64,000 bases of DNA, taken from assembly GCA_000830295.1 (NCBI GenBank), contig CP010425.1, positions 448,001 through 512,000 of the forward strand, written 5' to 3'. The DNA is from an archaeon GW2011_AR15 (GTDB taxonomy: Archaea > Nanobdellota > Nanobdellia > Woesearchaeales > GW2011-AR15). A program made the translations under genes and the position numbers. Within the stretch, counting starts at the first letter, position 1. Every line of letters starts with the position of its first letter. The notes below the pieces were generated by a model that was not told the DNA's origin, ran no database searches, and worked only from the letters and a program-made list of their open reading frames with translations. Below are positions 27,837 to 36,639 of this stretch, piece after piece.

Positions 27837-28844
27837 ATGCTTGCAGTAAAAGTCGAATTAAAAGATGCAGAGAAAGTAAAGAGAGAGATGATAGCCAAAG
27901 GCATATATGACAAAAATTACAAGCCAAAGAAGACAAAGACACACATTTTCTTTCCGGTCCAGGAAAAGCCAATGCCCCCGGCACTGAAAAAAGCAGTTGT
28001 CAAGACAAAGCTGAAAAAGACAGAACCAGAAGATTATAAAAAAATGCTCCTGGCCAGCATCCCAAAAGGTGTCAGTCTTCCCGCCTCATATGATATTGTC
28101 GGCGACATAATTATATTGGAGATAAAAGAGGACCAGGAAAAATACGAGAAGGAGATTGCCGGGGTACTTCTGAAAGCCCATAGGAACGTGAAGACAATCC
28201 TGAAGAAAGCCGGGATTCACGGAGGGGAATTCAGAACCCAGAAACTTAAGTGCCTTGCCGGAGAAAACAAAAAAGAGACCACATACACGGAGAACGGAGC
28301 AAGAATGAAGCTTGATGTTGAAAAAACTTATTTTTCATCCAGGCTTGCAACAGAAAGAAAAAGGATTGCAGCGCAGGTAAAAAAGAAAGAGAAAATTCTT
28401 GTCATGTTTTCAGGCATAGGCGTCTATCCCCTGGTTATATCCAAAAACACACCAGCCAGAAAGATAGTCGGGATAGAGAAAAACCCGGTTGCGCATAAAT
28501 ATGCAGAACAGAACCTGAAGCTGAACAAAGCAGTTAATATTGCACTGTATAAAGGAGATGTCAGGAAAATAGTGCCGAAGCTGAAAGAGAAATTTGACAG
28601 AATAATAATGCCCCTCCCGAAGGAGGCAGCAGGGTTCCTTGATGTTGCAGAGAAAGCATGGAAGAAGGGCACAATAGTCCATCTCTACGGATTCTCGCAC
28701 CAGGATAATCTGGATGAGACAGAGAAAGAAGTCAGAAAATTCTGCAAGGCTAACAAAATAAAGGCGGGGATAATCAGGACCATAACCTGCGGCCAGTATT
28801 CACCAAGAAAATATCGTGTCTGCGTGGATTTTAAGATAAAATAG
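27837..28844 (+). CDS. trm5: Trm5/Taw2-family SAM-dependent tRNA G37 modification enzyme
   Basis: SYDIVGDI, ENGARMKLDVEKTYFSSRLATERKRI, MFSGIGVY, FDRIIMPLP. Confidence 0.85.
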   Translation: MLAVKVELKDAEKVKREMIAKGIYDKNYKPKKTKTHIFFPVQEKPMPPALKKAVVKTKLKKTEPEDYKKMLLASIPKGVSLPASYDIVGDIIILEIKEDQEKYEKEIAGVLLKAHRNVKTILKKAGIHGGEFRTQKLKCLAGENKKETTYTENGARMKLDVEKTYFSSRLATERKRIAAQVKKKEKILVMFSGIGVYPLVISKNTPARKIVGIEKNPVAHKYAEQNLKLNKAVNIALYKGDVRKIVPKLKEKFDRIIMPLPKEAAGFLDVAEKAWKKGTIVHLYGFSHQDNLDETEKEVRKFCKANKIKAGIIRTITCGQYSPRKYRVCVDFKIK

Positions 28845-28848
28845 AAAA

Positions 28849-28919
28849 GCACATGCTCAGCAGTTACTACCCTTCTTCATCCTTGCGTCAGCGGGTGTTC
28901 ACCTAATCATCGCATGCAT
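28849..28919 (-). ncRNA. C/D box 2'-O-methylation guide sRNA
   Basis: Minus strand: box C GCGAUGA (28913-28907), D' CUGA (28891-28888), C' AGGAUGA (28883-28877), D CUGA (28860-28857); terminal stem GCAUGC/GCAUGU; TTTTAAAA about 30 nt upstream. Confidence 0.85.
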
Positions 28920-28948
28920 CATATGAGAATGAGTATTGTTTTAAAAAC

Positions 28949-30094
28949 TTAACCAAACATGTTCTTGTATTCCTTTGCTTCTGAATCTTCCTGTTCTTTG
29001 ACCTTCTCCACAGCCCTTACAAAATCACTCTCAGTAACCCTGTCCCTGTTGTCCCTTATTGCAAAATACCCTGCCTCCGTGCATACGGCCCGTATCTCTG
29101 CTCCTGAGAAATCATCCATCAGGCTGTAAAGCTTTTCCTTATTTACTGAATCGGTGCTCATATTTTTTGAATGTATCTTGAATATCTCTTTTATGCCTTC
29201 TCTGTCAGGCAGAGGGACATTCACCATCCTGTCAAGCCTTCCCGGTCTTGTTACTGCAGGGTCAAGTATATCCCTTCTGTTTGTGCAGCCTATTATCTTT
29301 ACATTGCCTAATGGCTCAAATCCGTCAATTTCTGCAAGAAGCTGCATGAAAGTCCTCTGCACTTCCCTTTCTCCTGATGTGCCGATATCAACCCTTTTTG
29401 CGGCAAGAGCATCTATCTCATCAATAAAAACAATTGAAGGTGCCTTTTCCTTGGCAAGCTGGAAAATTTCTTTCACAAGCTTTGCACCCTCTCCTATAAA
29501 TTTCTGGACGAGCTCAGAACCGACAACTTCTATGAATGTGCTGTCTGTTGCATTAGCGACTGCCTTTGCCAGGATTGTCTTTCCTGTTCCCGGAGGGCCA
29601 AACAGCAAAACTCCCTTTGGAGGAGTTATGCCAATCTTTTTGAATATCTCGGGCCTCTTAAGCGGAAGCTCAACAACCTCTTTCAGTTCCTGTATCTGCT
29701 TATCAAGCCCGCCGATCTCCGCGAAGGTAAGTTCGGGCTTTTCAAGTATTACAAAGCGCTCAACATTGAATCCCTTTGTGCCCTGTATTTTCCTCAGGAT
29801 ATTGAGATTCTTCTGGTCAACAAGCACGTTGTCTCCTGCCCTAAGCCTTCCGCAGGATTCTGAAATGCATACAAAGAACTGGTTGCCATTAGGGACTTTT
29901 ATGATGGCATTCTTGCCCATTATTTCCATTATCTCGCACATCATCAGAGGGGGGGTCCTGAACCTGTCAATCTCATTCTTAAGATGGTTGACGGTTTCCC
30001 TCAGTATCTTGTTCTCCTCTTCAAGGTCTGAAAGATTGGTAGAATAGGTAAACATCACATTGGATATTTCGTCTCCGCCGCTGTTGCTCCCCAT
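28949..30094 (-). CDS. pan: Proteasome-activating nucleotidase
   Basis: N-terminal coiled coil, IGGLDKQIQEL, GPPGTGKT, FIGEGA, FIDEID, RPGRLDR, C-terminal MFG. Confidence 0.95.
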   Translation of the reverse strand: MGSNSGGDEISNVMFTYSTNLSDLEEENKILRETVNHLKNEIDRFRTPPLMMCEIMEIMGKNAIIKVPNGNQFFVCISESCGRLRAGDNVLVDQKNLNILRKIQGTKGFNVERFVILEKPELTFAEIGGLDKQIQELKEVVELPLKRPEIFKKIGITPPKGVLLFGPPGTGKTILAKAVANATDSTFIEVVGSELVQKFIGEGAKLVKEIFQLAKEKAPSIVFIDEIDALAAKRVDIGTSGEREVQRTFMQLLAEIDGFEPLGNVKIIGCTNRRDILDPAVTRPGRLDRMVNVPLPDREGIKEIFKIHSKNMSTDSVNKEKLYSLMDDFSGAEIRAVCTEAGYFAIRDNRDRVTESDFVRAVEKVKEQEDSEAKEYKNMFG

Positions 30095-30141
30095 CTTTAT
30101 CAAGGATAGAAAATATATTAATAAATCTTATGTATAAACTA

Positions 30142-31893
30142 TCAGAGGACAAAAGCCCCGGATTTTATTATCCAGTGCCTGTTTTTCTTTTTGTCTACGC
30201 CATAGATATCCAGTTTCTGCCTTGGAGAGTCTATGACAACATCCATATGATATTCTGTCGCGGCGTCTACTTCAAAACCAGAGCCAAAGGCGACATGGAT
30301 CATATTGGCAATCTTCTCATTGACTATCAGGTAATCGCACAGCCTGGCGCTCGGGCTTGTGTTTATGGCGAACTCACCGACGTGGTTAAAATTCCTTTTT
30401 TTCAGCTCAATTATTTCCTTATCCAGGGATTTGTTCTTTTCCTGCTCAAGGATGGTTTTCCACGCATCCCTTTTTCTTTTTCTGAAGGCGTCACCAACAA
30501 TTTTCGGGGCGCTGATTAATTTATAGCCGTTCTTTTCCGCCTCGACAATGAACAGATTGTCTTTGTCAAGCCTGTAGCTCCTGTCAACATTTATTATGAC
30601 ATCCCCAACAATCCTCCCGATAACATATGTTGGTGTTGTAAATGCCTCCCCGCCCGGGATATTGGCCATCATGCCGGTTTTCTTCTTCATTATTTTTAGT
30701 ATCTGCGGCTCGATAATGTATCTGGCGTCCGAATCGCTGTCCATTATAAGCCTTCTTGTCCCGTCTTTTTTCACTAAGCCGACTTCGAAATCACAGCCGT
30801 TTTTTATGTTGCTCCTGACGACAATTTTTTCACATTTTTCCATGATTGCAGCGATTTCCCTGTTCCTTGCCCTCATCTTCTTGTAGTCGACAAGTGTGCT
30901 GTCAACAAAGATATCAATCGGGACAGTAGAGGTGAATGCCAGTCTTGTCCTCGGCGGCCTCGGGTCAACCATTGCCTGCGGATACCAGTGGAATTTGTAT
31001 ATTATCCCGCCGGGAGAATTCCATTTTGTCTTGAGGTCCGGGCTCGGGTATCCAATCATTTCTCCAAAAAGATGCTTTCCGTGGTATCCTTTCCCTGAAA
31101 TAAAGAATGAGGCCTCGTTTGTCTTTATCCTGTCAAGCCTAAGTGCCTTTGAAAGCTTCTTGTATGCTTTGAAGACAGGCAGTTTTATGTCTTTTGAAAG
31201 CTCCAGCCCAAGCAGCGTGGTTGAAAGCTCAGAGACCTTTTCAGGCACATCCCTGAGCCCGGACCTCGGAGTGGAGGCCTTTATTGATATTGATCTGCAG
31301 AATTTTGAAGAGAGGAACATGTCATAGGCAATAGCATAGGAATCCATGTAATCCTGCAGAGGGTGTGCCAGGAATTCCTTCTCCCTTATCAGCTCAAACC
31401 CTATTCCGAATTTCTCTGATTTCTTGATGGCAAACACATTTTCTACAACAGCGTCTGTTGTTTTCTTTAATTTTACTGCCATAAAGGGCCTGAACCATTT
31501 TGTTTTGTATGCCAGCTTCAGATCGCCCTCAAAACCTTTTGCTCCGACCTTCAGGATTAAATCCGGCTTTTCAAAAAACTTCTCCAGCCCCTTTATGTTT
31601 GCTTTGTCAAAGACCTCTCGCAGGGCTTTTTCAGCGGCTCCAGATTTCTTTGCCAGAAGGTTTTCATATGTTTTCCAGACATCAAACAGCACTTCATAAC
31701 CTTTGTTTTTGTAGCCCATTGAGACATGCATGTCCATCTTGAGTTCTGATGCTGCCCTGGAAAAAGGGGCGAATGAGAAAAAGGCATCCCGGTTTATCTT
31801 GCCGCAGACAAAAATATTTTTTGCCTTTTCCTTTCCTAAGGCTTTTTTATAATACGCGACTTCCTTATCAAATATTTCCTTGTTATATCTCAT
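30142..31893 (-). CDS. M29-like (aminopeptidase T) metallopeptidase, long form
   Basis: NIPGGEAFTTP, GEFAIN, NEKIANMIHVAFG, HMDVV in the C-terminal half. Confidence 0.65.
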   Translation of the reverse strand: MRYNKEIFDKEVAYYKKALGKEKAKNIFVCGKINRDAFFSFAPFSRAASELKMDMHVSMGYKNKGYEVLFDVWKTYENLLAKKSGAAEKALREVFDKANIKGLEKFFEKPDLILKVGAKGFEGDLKLAYKTKWFRPFMAVKLKKTTDAVVENVFAIKKSEKFGIGFELIREKEFLAHPLQDYMDSYAIAYDMFLSSKFCRSISIKASTPRSGLRDVPEKVSELSTTLLGLELSKDIKLPVFKAYKKLSKALRLDRIKTNEASFFISGKGYHGKHLFGEMIGYPSPDLKTKWNSPGGIIYKFHWYPQAMVDPRPPRTRLAFTSTVPIDIFVDSTLVDYKKMRARNREIAAIMEKCEKIVVRSNIKNGCDFEVGLVKKDGTRRLIMDSDSDARYIIEPQILKIMKKKTGMMANIPGGEAFTTPTYVIGRIVGDVIINVDRSYRLDKDNLFIVEAEKNGYKLISAPKIVGDAFRKRKRDAWKTILEQEKNKSLDKEIIELKKRNFNHVGEFAINTSPSARLCDYLIVNEKIANMIHVAFGSGFEVDAATEYHMDVVIDSPRQKLDIYGVDKKKNRHWIIKSGAFVL

Positions 31894-32945
31894 TTTATTA
31901 TCACTAGCTCCTTTTTTGACTTTGTCAATATCTTCAGCCTGCTATTCTTCAGGACAACAGTGTCCTCCACCCTTATCCCGTATTTTCCCGGAAAATAAAG
32001 CCCGGGCTCTATGGTGAATACAATGTTCTCCTTAATATGCTTTTTGTCTTCTGAATAGAGAGACGGCGGCTCATGTATTTCCAGGCCTACGCCGTGCCCG
32101 AGAGCATGCGTGAAAAATTCTGCATGGCTGTTGAACATTTTTATGGCCGAATTGTAAAGCTCGCTGAAAGCCACCCCTTCTTTGACTTCGCTCTCGCAGG
32201 CAGCAAGCACACCAAGCACAAGGGAGTAATTTCCCAGCTCTTCTTTTGTGGGATTTCCCATATAAAGCATCCTGCTCATGTCAGAGCAATAGCCCCTGTA
32301 TTTTGCGCCGAAATCAAGCAGGAGAAACCCATTTTCAATTTTCTTATCTCCGGCATAATGCGGCTGGGAGCTTCCTTTTCCGGAAGCAACAATAGGCGGA
32401 AATGACAGCTCGCACCCTGCCTTTCTTATGTTTCCCTCTATGAATTTTTTCAGTTCCCCTTCACTTCTGAACCTGAAATTCCTGCATATGTCAGAGAAAA
32501 CCCTGTCTGCAACATCGCTTGCTTTTTGCATATATGCAATTTCCTTATCCTCTTTTACCATGCGTATCTCAGCGCACAGCCCGGAGATATCGGTATATCT
32601 TGCTTTTACGGATTTCTTAAGCCTCTTATAGAGTGCTACAGAACATTTGTTTTCCTCAATCCCTGCCTTATCAATCTTGGACCTTGACAATATTCTTGAA
32701 AGGATCTCCAATAAGAATTTCTTTTTTTCAGCTTTATATACTTTTAATTTTGTCTTCAGCGCCCTCTCATATTCCATTTCGGGTGCAAGCAAGAATGAAG
32801 ATTTCTGGGTGATAACAAGAATCCCAAGCCCCAAATACCCAGCAAGATATTCCATGTTGACATTGGGCGGATTGTCAAGGCAGAAAAAGAAAGCAGCACC
32901 TATGTTCTTTTCTTCTAGTGCAGATTGCAATTTCCTGATTCGCAT
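31890..32945 (-). CDS. Xaa-Pro aminopeptidase (M24B)
   Basis: SQPHY, DFGAKYRGYCSDMSR, HALGHGVGLEIHE, TIEPGLY, GIRVEDTV. Confidence 0.92.
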   Translation of the reverse strand: MRIRKLQSALEEKNIGAAFFFCLDNPPNVNMEYLAGYLGLGILVITQKSSFLLAPEMEYERALKTKLKVYKAEKKKFLLEILSRILSRSKIDKAGIEENKCSVALYKRLKKSVKARYTDISGLCAEIRMVKEDKEIAYMQKASDVADRVFSDICRNFRFRSEGELKKFIEGNIRKAGCELSFPPIVASGKGSSQPHYAGDKKIENGFLLLDFGAKYRGYCSDMSRMLYMGNPTKEELGNYSLVLGVLAACESEVKEGVAFSELYNSAIKMFNSHAEFFTHALGHGVGLEIHEPPSLYSEDKKHIKENIVFTIEPGLYFPGKYGIRVEDTVVLKNSRLKILTKSKKELVIIK

Positions 32946-32986
32946 TTCCAGCAAATAAAAGTCAGGGCTTAATAAAAGTTGCTATC

Positions 32987-33337
32987 TTATGGCATTATGT
33001 TTCTGCTAAAGAAAAACATAAATGCATATATTATACAGAAAATGATAAAGAAAACATACCAAGAAGACAACAATAAATCCAAGGTTTTATTAGTAAAACC
33101 TTTGGAAATTTCAGTCTCATTAATTCTCCTTCTGTCTTTTGCTTTCCTCTTCTGAATCTTCTTTTTAAATACTTTAAGTTCTTCCTTCCTCATCTCAGGA
33201 AATACAATTGAGGAATAATTACAGTTTCTACACATTTTTCTTGTGGAACCGCCCCAAGCAAGCATATCTCTAGATAGGTCGTTTTCGACATTAGTACTTC
33301 CGCATCTTGGGCAAACCAGAAAAAAGCTTTTTCTCAT
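32987..33337 (-). CDS. Zinc-ribbon membrane protein
   Basis: CPRCGS...CRNCNY plus C-terminal hydrophobic helix; AT-richer than its neighbours. Confidence 0.65.
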   Translation of the reverse strand: MRKSFFLVCPRCGSTNVENDLSRDMLAWGGSTRKMCRNCNYSSIVFPEMRKEELKVFKKKIQKRKAKDRRRINETEISKGFTNKTLDLLLSSWYVFFIIFCIIYAFMFFFSRNIMP

Positions 33338-33362
33338 CTTTTCAAAGAGACAAATTTTAGTA

Positions 33363-34442
33363 TTATCTAGTTACCTGATAGCTTTCAACAAGCTCTTTCA
33401 ACGCCTTTGCTTTTTTGTCTTTCTCAAAATGCTCCCTGACAGGGTGTACAAGCTCGTTGATGTAATATGCAGTTGCTTTCTTCAGGTCAAGAGGATGAAT
33501 CTTTCCTTCTCCATATAGCTTTTCAAGTTTTGCATAGCCTTTTACAGTGAGATTTCCGCCGAACTTCTCAGGCCTCTTTATCTCAAAAGCCTCAAATTTC
33601 TCAAAAACAATATACCTGCAGTATTCCAGAACAGGATTTTCGGCAGTCTGTCTCTCAGGACACCAGGCCTTGTTCATCTTTCTTTCAATGTCCTCTTTTG
33701 TGTCTGTCATGAAGATGGCTGTATCGGGTTTTGACTTAGACATCTTGAGGTCGATGGTGCGCTCTGCTGCATCCTTTCCTTCTGTTTTCGGAGGCTCATT
33801 AAGCCCCATAAGCATATGATGCGAGACAATGACGGGCTTCCAGAACCCTATAGACGGCCCGATTTCCCTTGCCAGGACATTGACTTTCCTCTGGTCCATT
33901 CCAAGCTGGCAGATGTCTGCTTTCAGGTGAAAAATATCAGCAGCCTGCATGCAGGGGTAAATGATATGGGATGCCTGCAGTGATTCACTTTCTGAGCGGC
34001 CCATGATCTGCACTGTCCTGAGAATTCTTTTCACTGTGCTGTGCCTTGCAATCTGCATTACAGTCTTCCAGTATTCGCGGTTGTTAAGGAGCTCAGAAGC
34101 CCAGACAAACTCAACATTCTCGAAATCCATGTCGCAGGCTTTCCACACCTCTATGAAATATTTGCCGACATTCTGTATCCTGTCAAGGTCGCCGCCCATC
34201 TTGTTGTTTGCCCAGCCGTGCCAGTCTGCAACAAGCATCTTGAAATGCGCCCCGGCCTTTACCATCTTGTTGACATTGATGGCTCTAAGGATTCCCTGTG
34301 CAATATGTATCCTGCCGGACGGCTCAAATCCGTCGTAGGCAATGAACTTCTTTTTTTTGCTGAGAAGCTCTTTCAGCTCCTCTTCCAGAACAATCTCTTC
34401 CCCGACTTCCCTAACCAGCTTCAGCCTGTCTTCTGTATTCAT
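33363..34442 (-). CDS. tyrS: Tyrosine--tRNA ligase (archaeal type)
   Basis: AYDGFEPSGRIHIAQG, YPCMQAAD, GMDQRK, KMSKS. Confidence 0.97.
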   Translation of the reverse strand: MNTEDRLKLVREVGEEIVLEEELKELLSKKKKFIAYDGFEPSGRIHIAQGILRAINVNKMVKAGAHFKMLVADWHGWANNKMGGDLDRIQNVGKYFIEVWKACDMDFENVEFVWASELLNNREYWKTVMQIARHSTVKRILRTVQIMGRSESESLQASHIIYPCMQAADIFHLKADICQLGMDQRKVNVLAREIGPSIGFWKPVIVSHHMLMGLNEPPKTEGKDAAERTIDLKMSKSKPDTAIFMTDTKEDIERKMNKAWCPERQTAENPVLEYCRYIVFEKFEAFEIKRPEKFGGNLTVKGYAKLEKLYGEGKIHPLDLKKATAYYINELVHPVREHFEKDKKAKALKELVESYQVTR

Positions 34443-34495
34443 ACGGGAAGCTTAAAGGAGAATGATTAATAAATTTTATGCTGAAAATAAAGAAA

Positions 34496-34610
34496 GGCGG
34501 ACAGCGAACCAGTTTTCCCACACATAGTGCAGTACCGGCTGGAACGTCGGCAGTTTTTACTTCTGTGTTCGAAATGGGAACAGGTAGCTCCCTGCCACTA
34601 TGGCCGTCCA
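34496..34610 (-). rRNA. rrf: 5S rRNA (solitary, with its own TATA box)
   Basis: UGGACGGCCAUAG...CCUGUUCCCAUUUCGAACACAGAAGUAAA...GUACUG...GGGAAAAC...GCUGUCCGCC; helix I ends pair; TTTATAAA at 34632-34639. Confidence 0.95.
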
Positions 34611-34669
34611 TAGTGGTGGAAACAAGGACCCTTTATAAAGTTAACTTTTTATAGTCACTCACGAAAAAA

Positions 34670-35740
34670 CTAGTGATTATTTCTTACTTCGACCATTTCT
34701 TTTATAATTTCCCTTATATTCATAGTTATTTTCCAATCAGGATAATCTCTCTTAAATTTCGACATATCAGTATAATAGCATATATGGTCTCCAACCCTGT
34801 TTTTGTCGCTGTATCTGTAATCCAGTTTCAGTCCGAATTCTTTTTCTAGGATTTCTATTATCTCAAGTATTGAAGCAGAATTTTCCTTGCCCCCTCCAAG
34901 GTTATAGACAGCGCCCTTTTTCGGTTTTTTATAGAATTCATAGAAAGCAGAAACAACGTCCCTGCTGTGGATCTGGTCCCTAACCTGCTTTCCCTTGTAG
35001 CCGAAAATAGTATACGGCAGTTTTTTCTTTGCGCAGTTCACAATATAAGCCAGGAAGCCATGCAGCTTTACTGCGCTGTGCTGCGGGCCCGTCAGACAGC
35101 CCCCCCTGAACACACCAACATTCAACCCGAAATATTTCCCGTATTCCTGGCACAAAACATCAGCGGCTGTTTTTGAAGCCCCCATAAGACTATGCGTGCT
35201 GTTGTCTATAGACATCTCTTCACTGATACCTTTTTGCGATACCCCAGCCAGCTTTTGTTTTTTCCTGTAATCAAATCTTGCAGCGGTCTCTGTAAGCTCT
35301 GCCATGTTAGGCATATCACCGTATACTTTGTTTGTTGATGTAAATATGAACACGCCATTCTGGGAATAGAGCCTGAATGCCTCGAGAAGGTTAAGAGTGC
35401 CTACAGCATTAATATCAAAATCAGTGAAAGGCTCTTTTGCCGCCCAGTCATGGGAAGGCTGCGCTGCCGTGTGTATTATCAAATCGAATGGTCCTTTTTC
35501 TTTAAACAATTTCAGAATCTTTTCCCTTTCTCTTATATCAACATCCATATGTTCAAAGTTTTTGCTGAGTTTTGTTAGGTATGCGGTATTTCCTCTGGTA
35601 TCTCCGCCTTCTCCGAAGAAATATTTTCTCATATTGTTGTCAATGCCGATGACAGTTGCCCCCTTTTCCAGGAAAGACCTTGAGGATTCAAAACCAATAA
35701 GTCCGCCGCAGCCGGTAATGAGAATTTTTTCTTTTTTCAT
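34670..35740 (-). CDS. NAD-dependent NDP-sugar epimerase (CDP-tyvelose 2-epimerase-like)
   Basis: ITGCGGLIG, HTAAQPSHDWA, STNKVYGD, GKQVRDQIH. Confidence 0.85.
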   Translation of the reverse strand: MKKEKILITGCGGLIGFESSRSFLEKGATVIGIDNNMRKYFFGEGGDTRGNTAYLTKLSKNFEHMDVDIREREKILKLFKEKGPFDLIIHTAAQPSHDWAAKEPFTDFDINAVGTLNLLEAFRLYSQNGVFIFTSTNKVYGDMPNMAELTETAARFDYRKKQKLAGVSQKGISEEMSIDNSTHSLMGASKTAADVLCQEYGKYFGLNVGVFRGGCLTGPQHSAVKLHGFLAYIVNCAKKKLPYTIFGYKGKQVRDQIHSRDVVSAFYEFYKKPKKGAVYNLGGGKENSASILEIIEILEKEFGLKLDYRYSDKNRVGDHICYYTDMSKFKRDYPDWKITMNIREIIKEMVEVRNNH

Positions 35741-36549
35741 CTTTTATTTTCGTTTCTGTATTTATTTAAATCATTTTTTGATTTTATCTTTATCACGCCG
35801 GAAGTGCTCAGATAGCCGTTAAGCAGACCTTTTTTGGCAAGCTCAGGGAACAGCTCGTTTTCCAGGCTGTTGTTTGTGTATTCAAGTATTTCCGGCCTGG
35901 CAACAAAAACAGAGGAAAACCCAAGGTAGATGTCATTTTTATCAGGCTTTTGTATGAAATCCAGTATTTTTGAGCCCTCAACCTTAACAATCCCCTTTTT
36001 GCCTGGATCAGGAGAAGCAGTCAGCAGCAATGTTGCAAACCCCTTTTTCTTGATATGCTCATTCCAGAGCTCTTCCACGTTAAGATGCGGAAACAGTATG
36101 TCGCTATAAACAACAAGGAAATCCGAGGTTATTTTGCCTTTTACAAGCCTCAGCGAGTCAGCTGAGCCTAATGATTCTTTTTCCTCAACATATTCCAGCA
36201 CAACTCCGTATTTTGAGCCGTTCTGCACTATTGAGAATACAGCGTTTATTATGTTTCTTCTGGCAATAAGAAAGACTTTCCTAAAGCCATTTTCCTTCAG
36301 GGTCTTGAGCGTGCTTTCAACCACAGTCATGCTGCCTGCTTTTGCGGTTATCCTGTAGTCTTTATCTGACAGCTTAAGATCCTCTTCAGGCCCGCCTGAG
36401 AGGATTACGGCAACTTTGCTGTCTCCAAGCGCATTATTTACAAGAAGCTCTATTGCCTGGCTCCTGTTCCTTATGTAGATATTGTCTATTATTTCGTCTA
36501 TTTCTCTAAGCGTGCTTTCACTCAGAGTAATAGATATTTTTTCCTTCAT
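35737..36549 (-). CDS. Ribbon-helix-helix DNA-binding domain fused to a degenerate sugar-phosphate nucleotidyltransferase domain
   Basis: MKEKISITLSESTLREID...IRNRSQAIELLV (RHH), then VAVILSGG, YVEEKESLGSADSL, FLVVYSDIL, FIQKP, SLENELFPELA. Confidence 0.8.
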   Translation of the reverse strand: MKEKISITLSESTLREIDEIIDNIYIRNRSQAIELLVNNALGDSKVAVILSGGPEEDLKLSDKDYRITAKAGSMTVVESTLKTLKENGFRKVFLIARRNIINAVFSIVQNGSKYGVVLEYVEEKESLGSADSLRLVKGKITSDFLVVYSDILFPHLNVEELWNEHIKKKGFATLLLTASPDPGKKGIVKVEGSKILDFIQKPDKNDIYLGFSSVFVARPEILEYTNNSLENELFPELAKKGLLNGYLSTSGVIKIKSKNDLNKYRNENKR

Positions 36550-36570
36550 ATACGGGGGTGGGAAAATCAA

Positions 36571-36619
36571 ATATATAAACGTATCGTATAAAGTAGGATA
36601 AGGGTAAGATATTTATATA
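36571..36619. promoter_or_regulatory. Divergent TATA boxes enclosing phased GTAnGATA repeats
   Basis: Minus TATA at 36579-36572, plus TATA at 36612-36619; TATCGTAT 36582-36589 (inverted), GTAGGATA 36593-36600, GTAAGATA 36604-36611. Confidence 0.55.
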
Positions 36620-36639
36620 ATCTGCATTACCAGAGAGCC

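Noticed and set aside
29154-30047. 297-aa plus-strand ORF and similar long Ser/Phe-rich antisense ORFs elsewhere
   Set aside because: Mirror frames of conserved genes (here pan) with no motifs of their own.
34411-34611. 66-aa minus-strand ORF
   Set aside because: It is a translation of the 5S rRNA gene.
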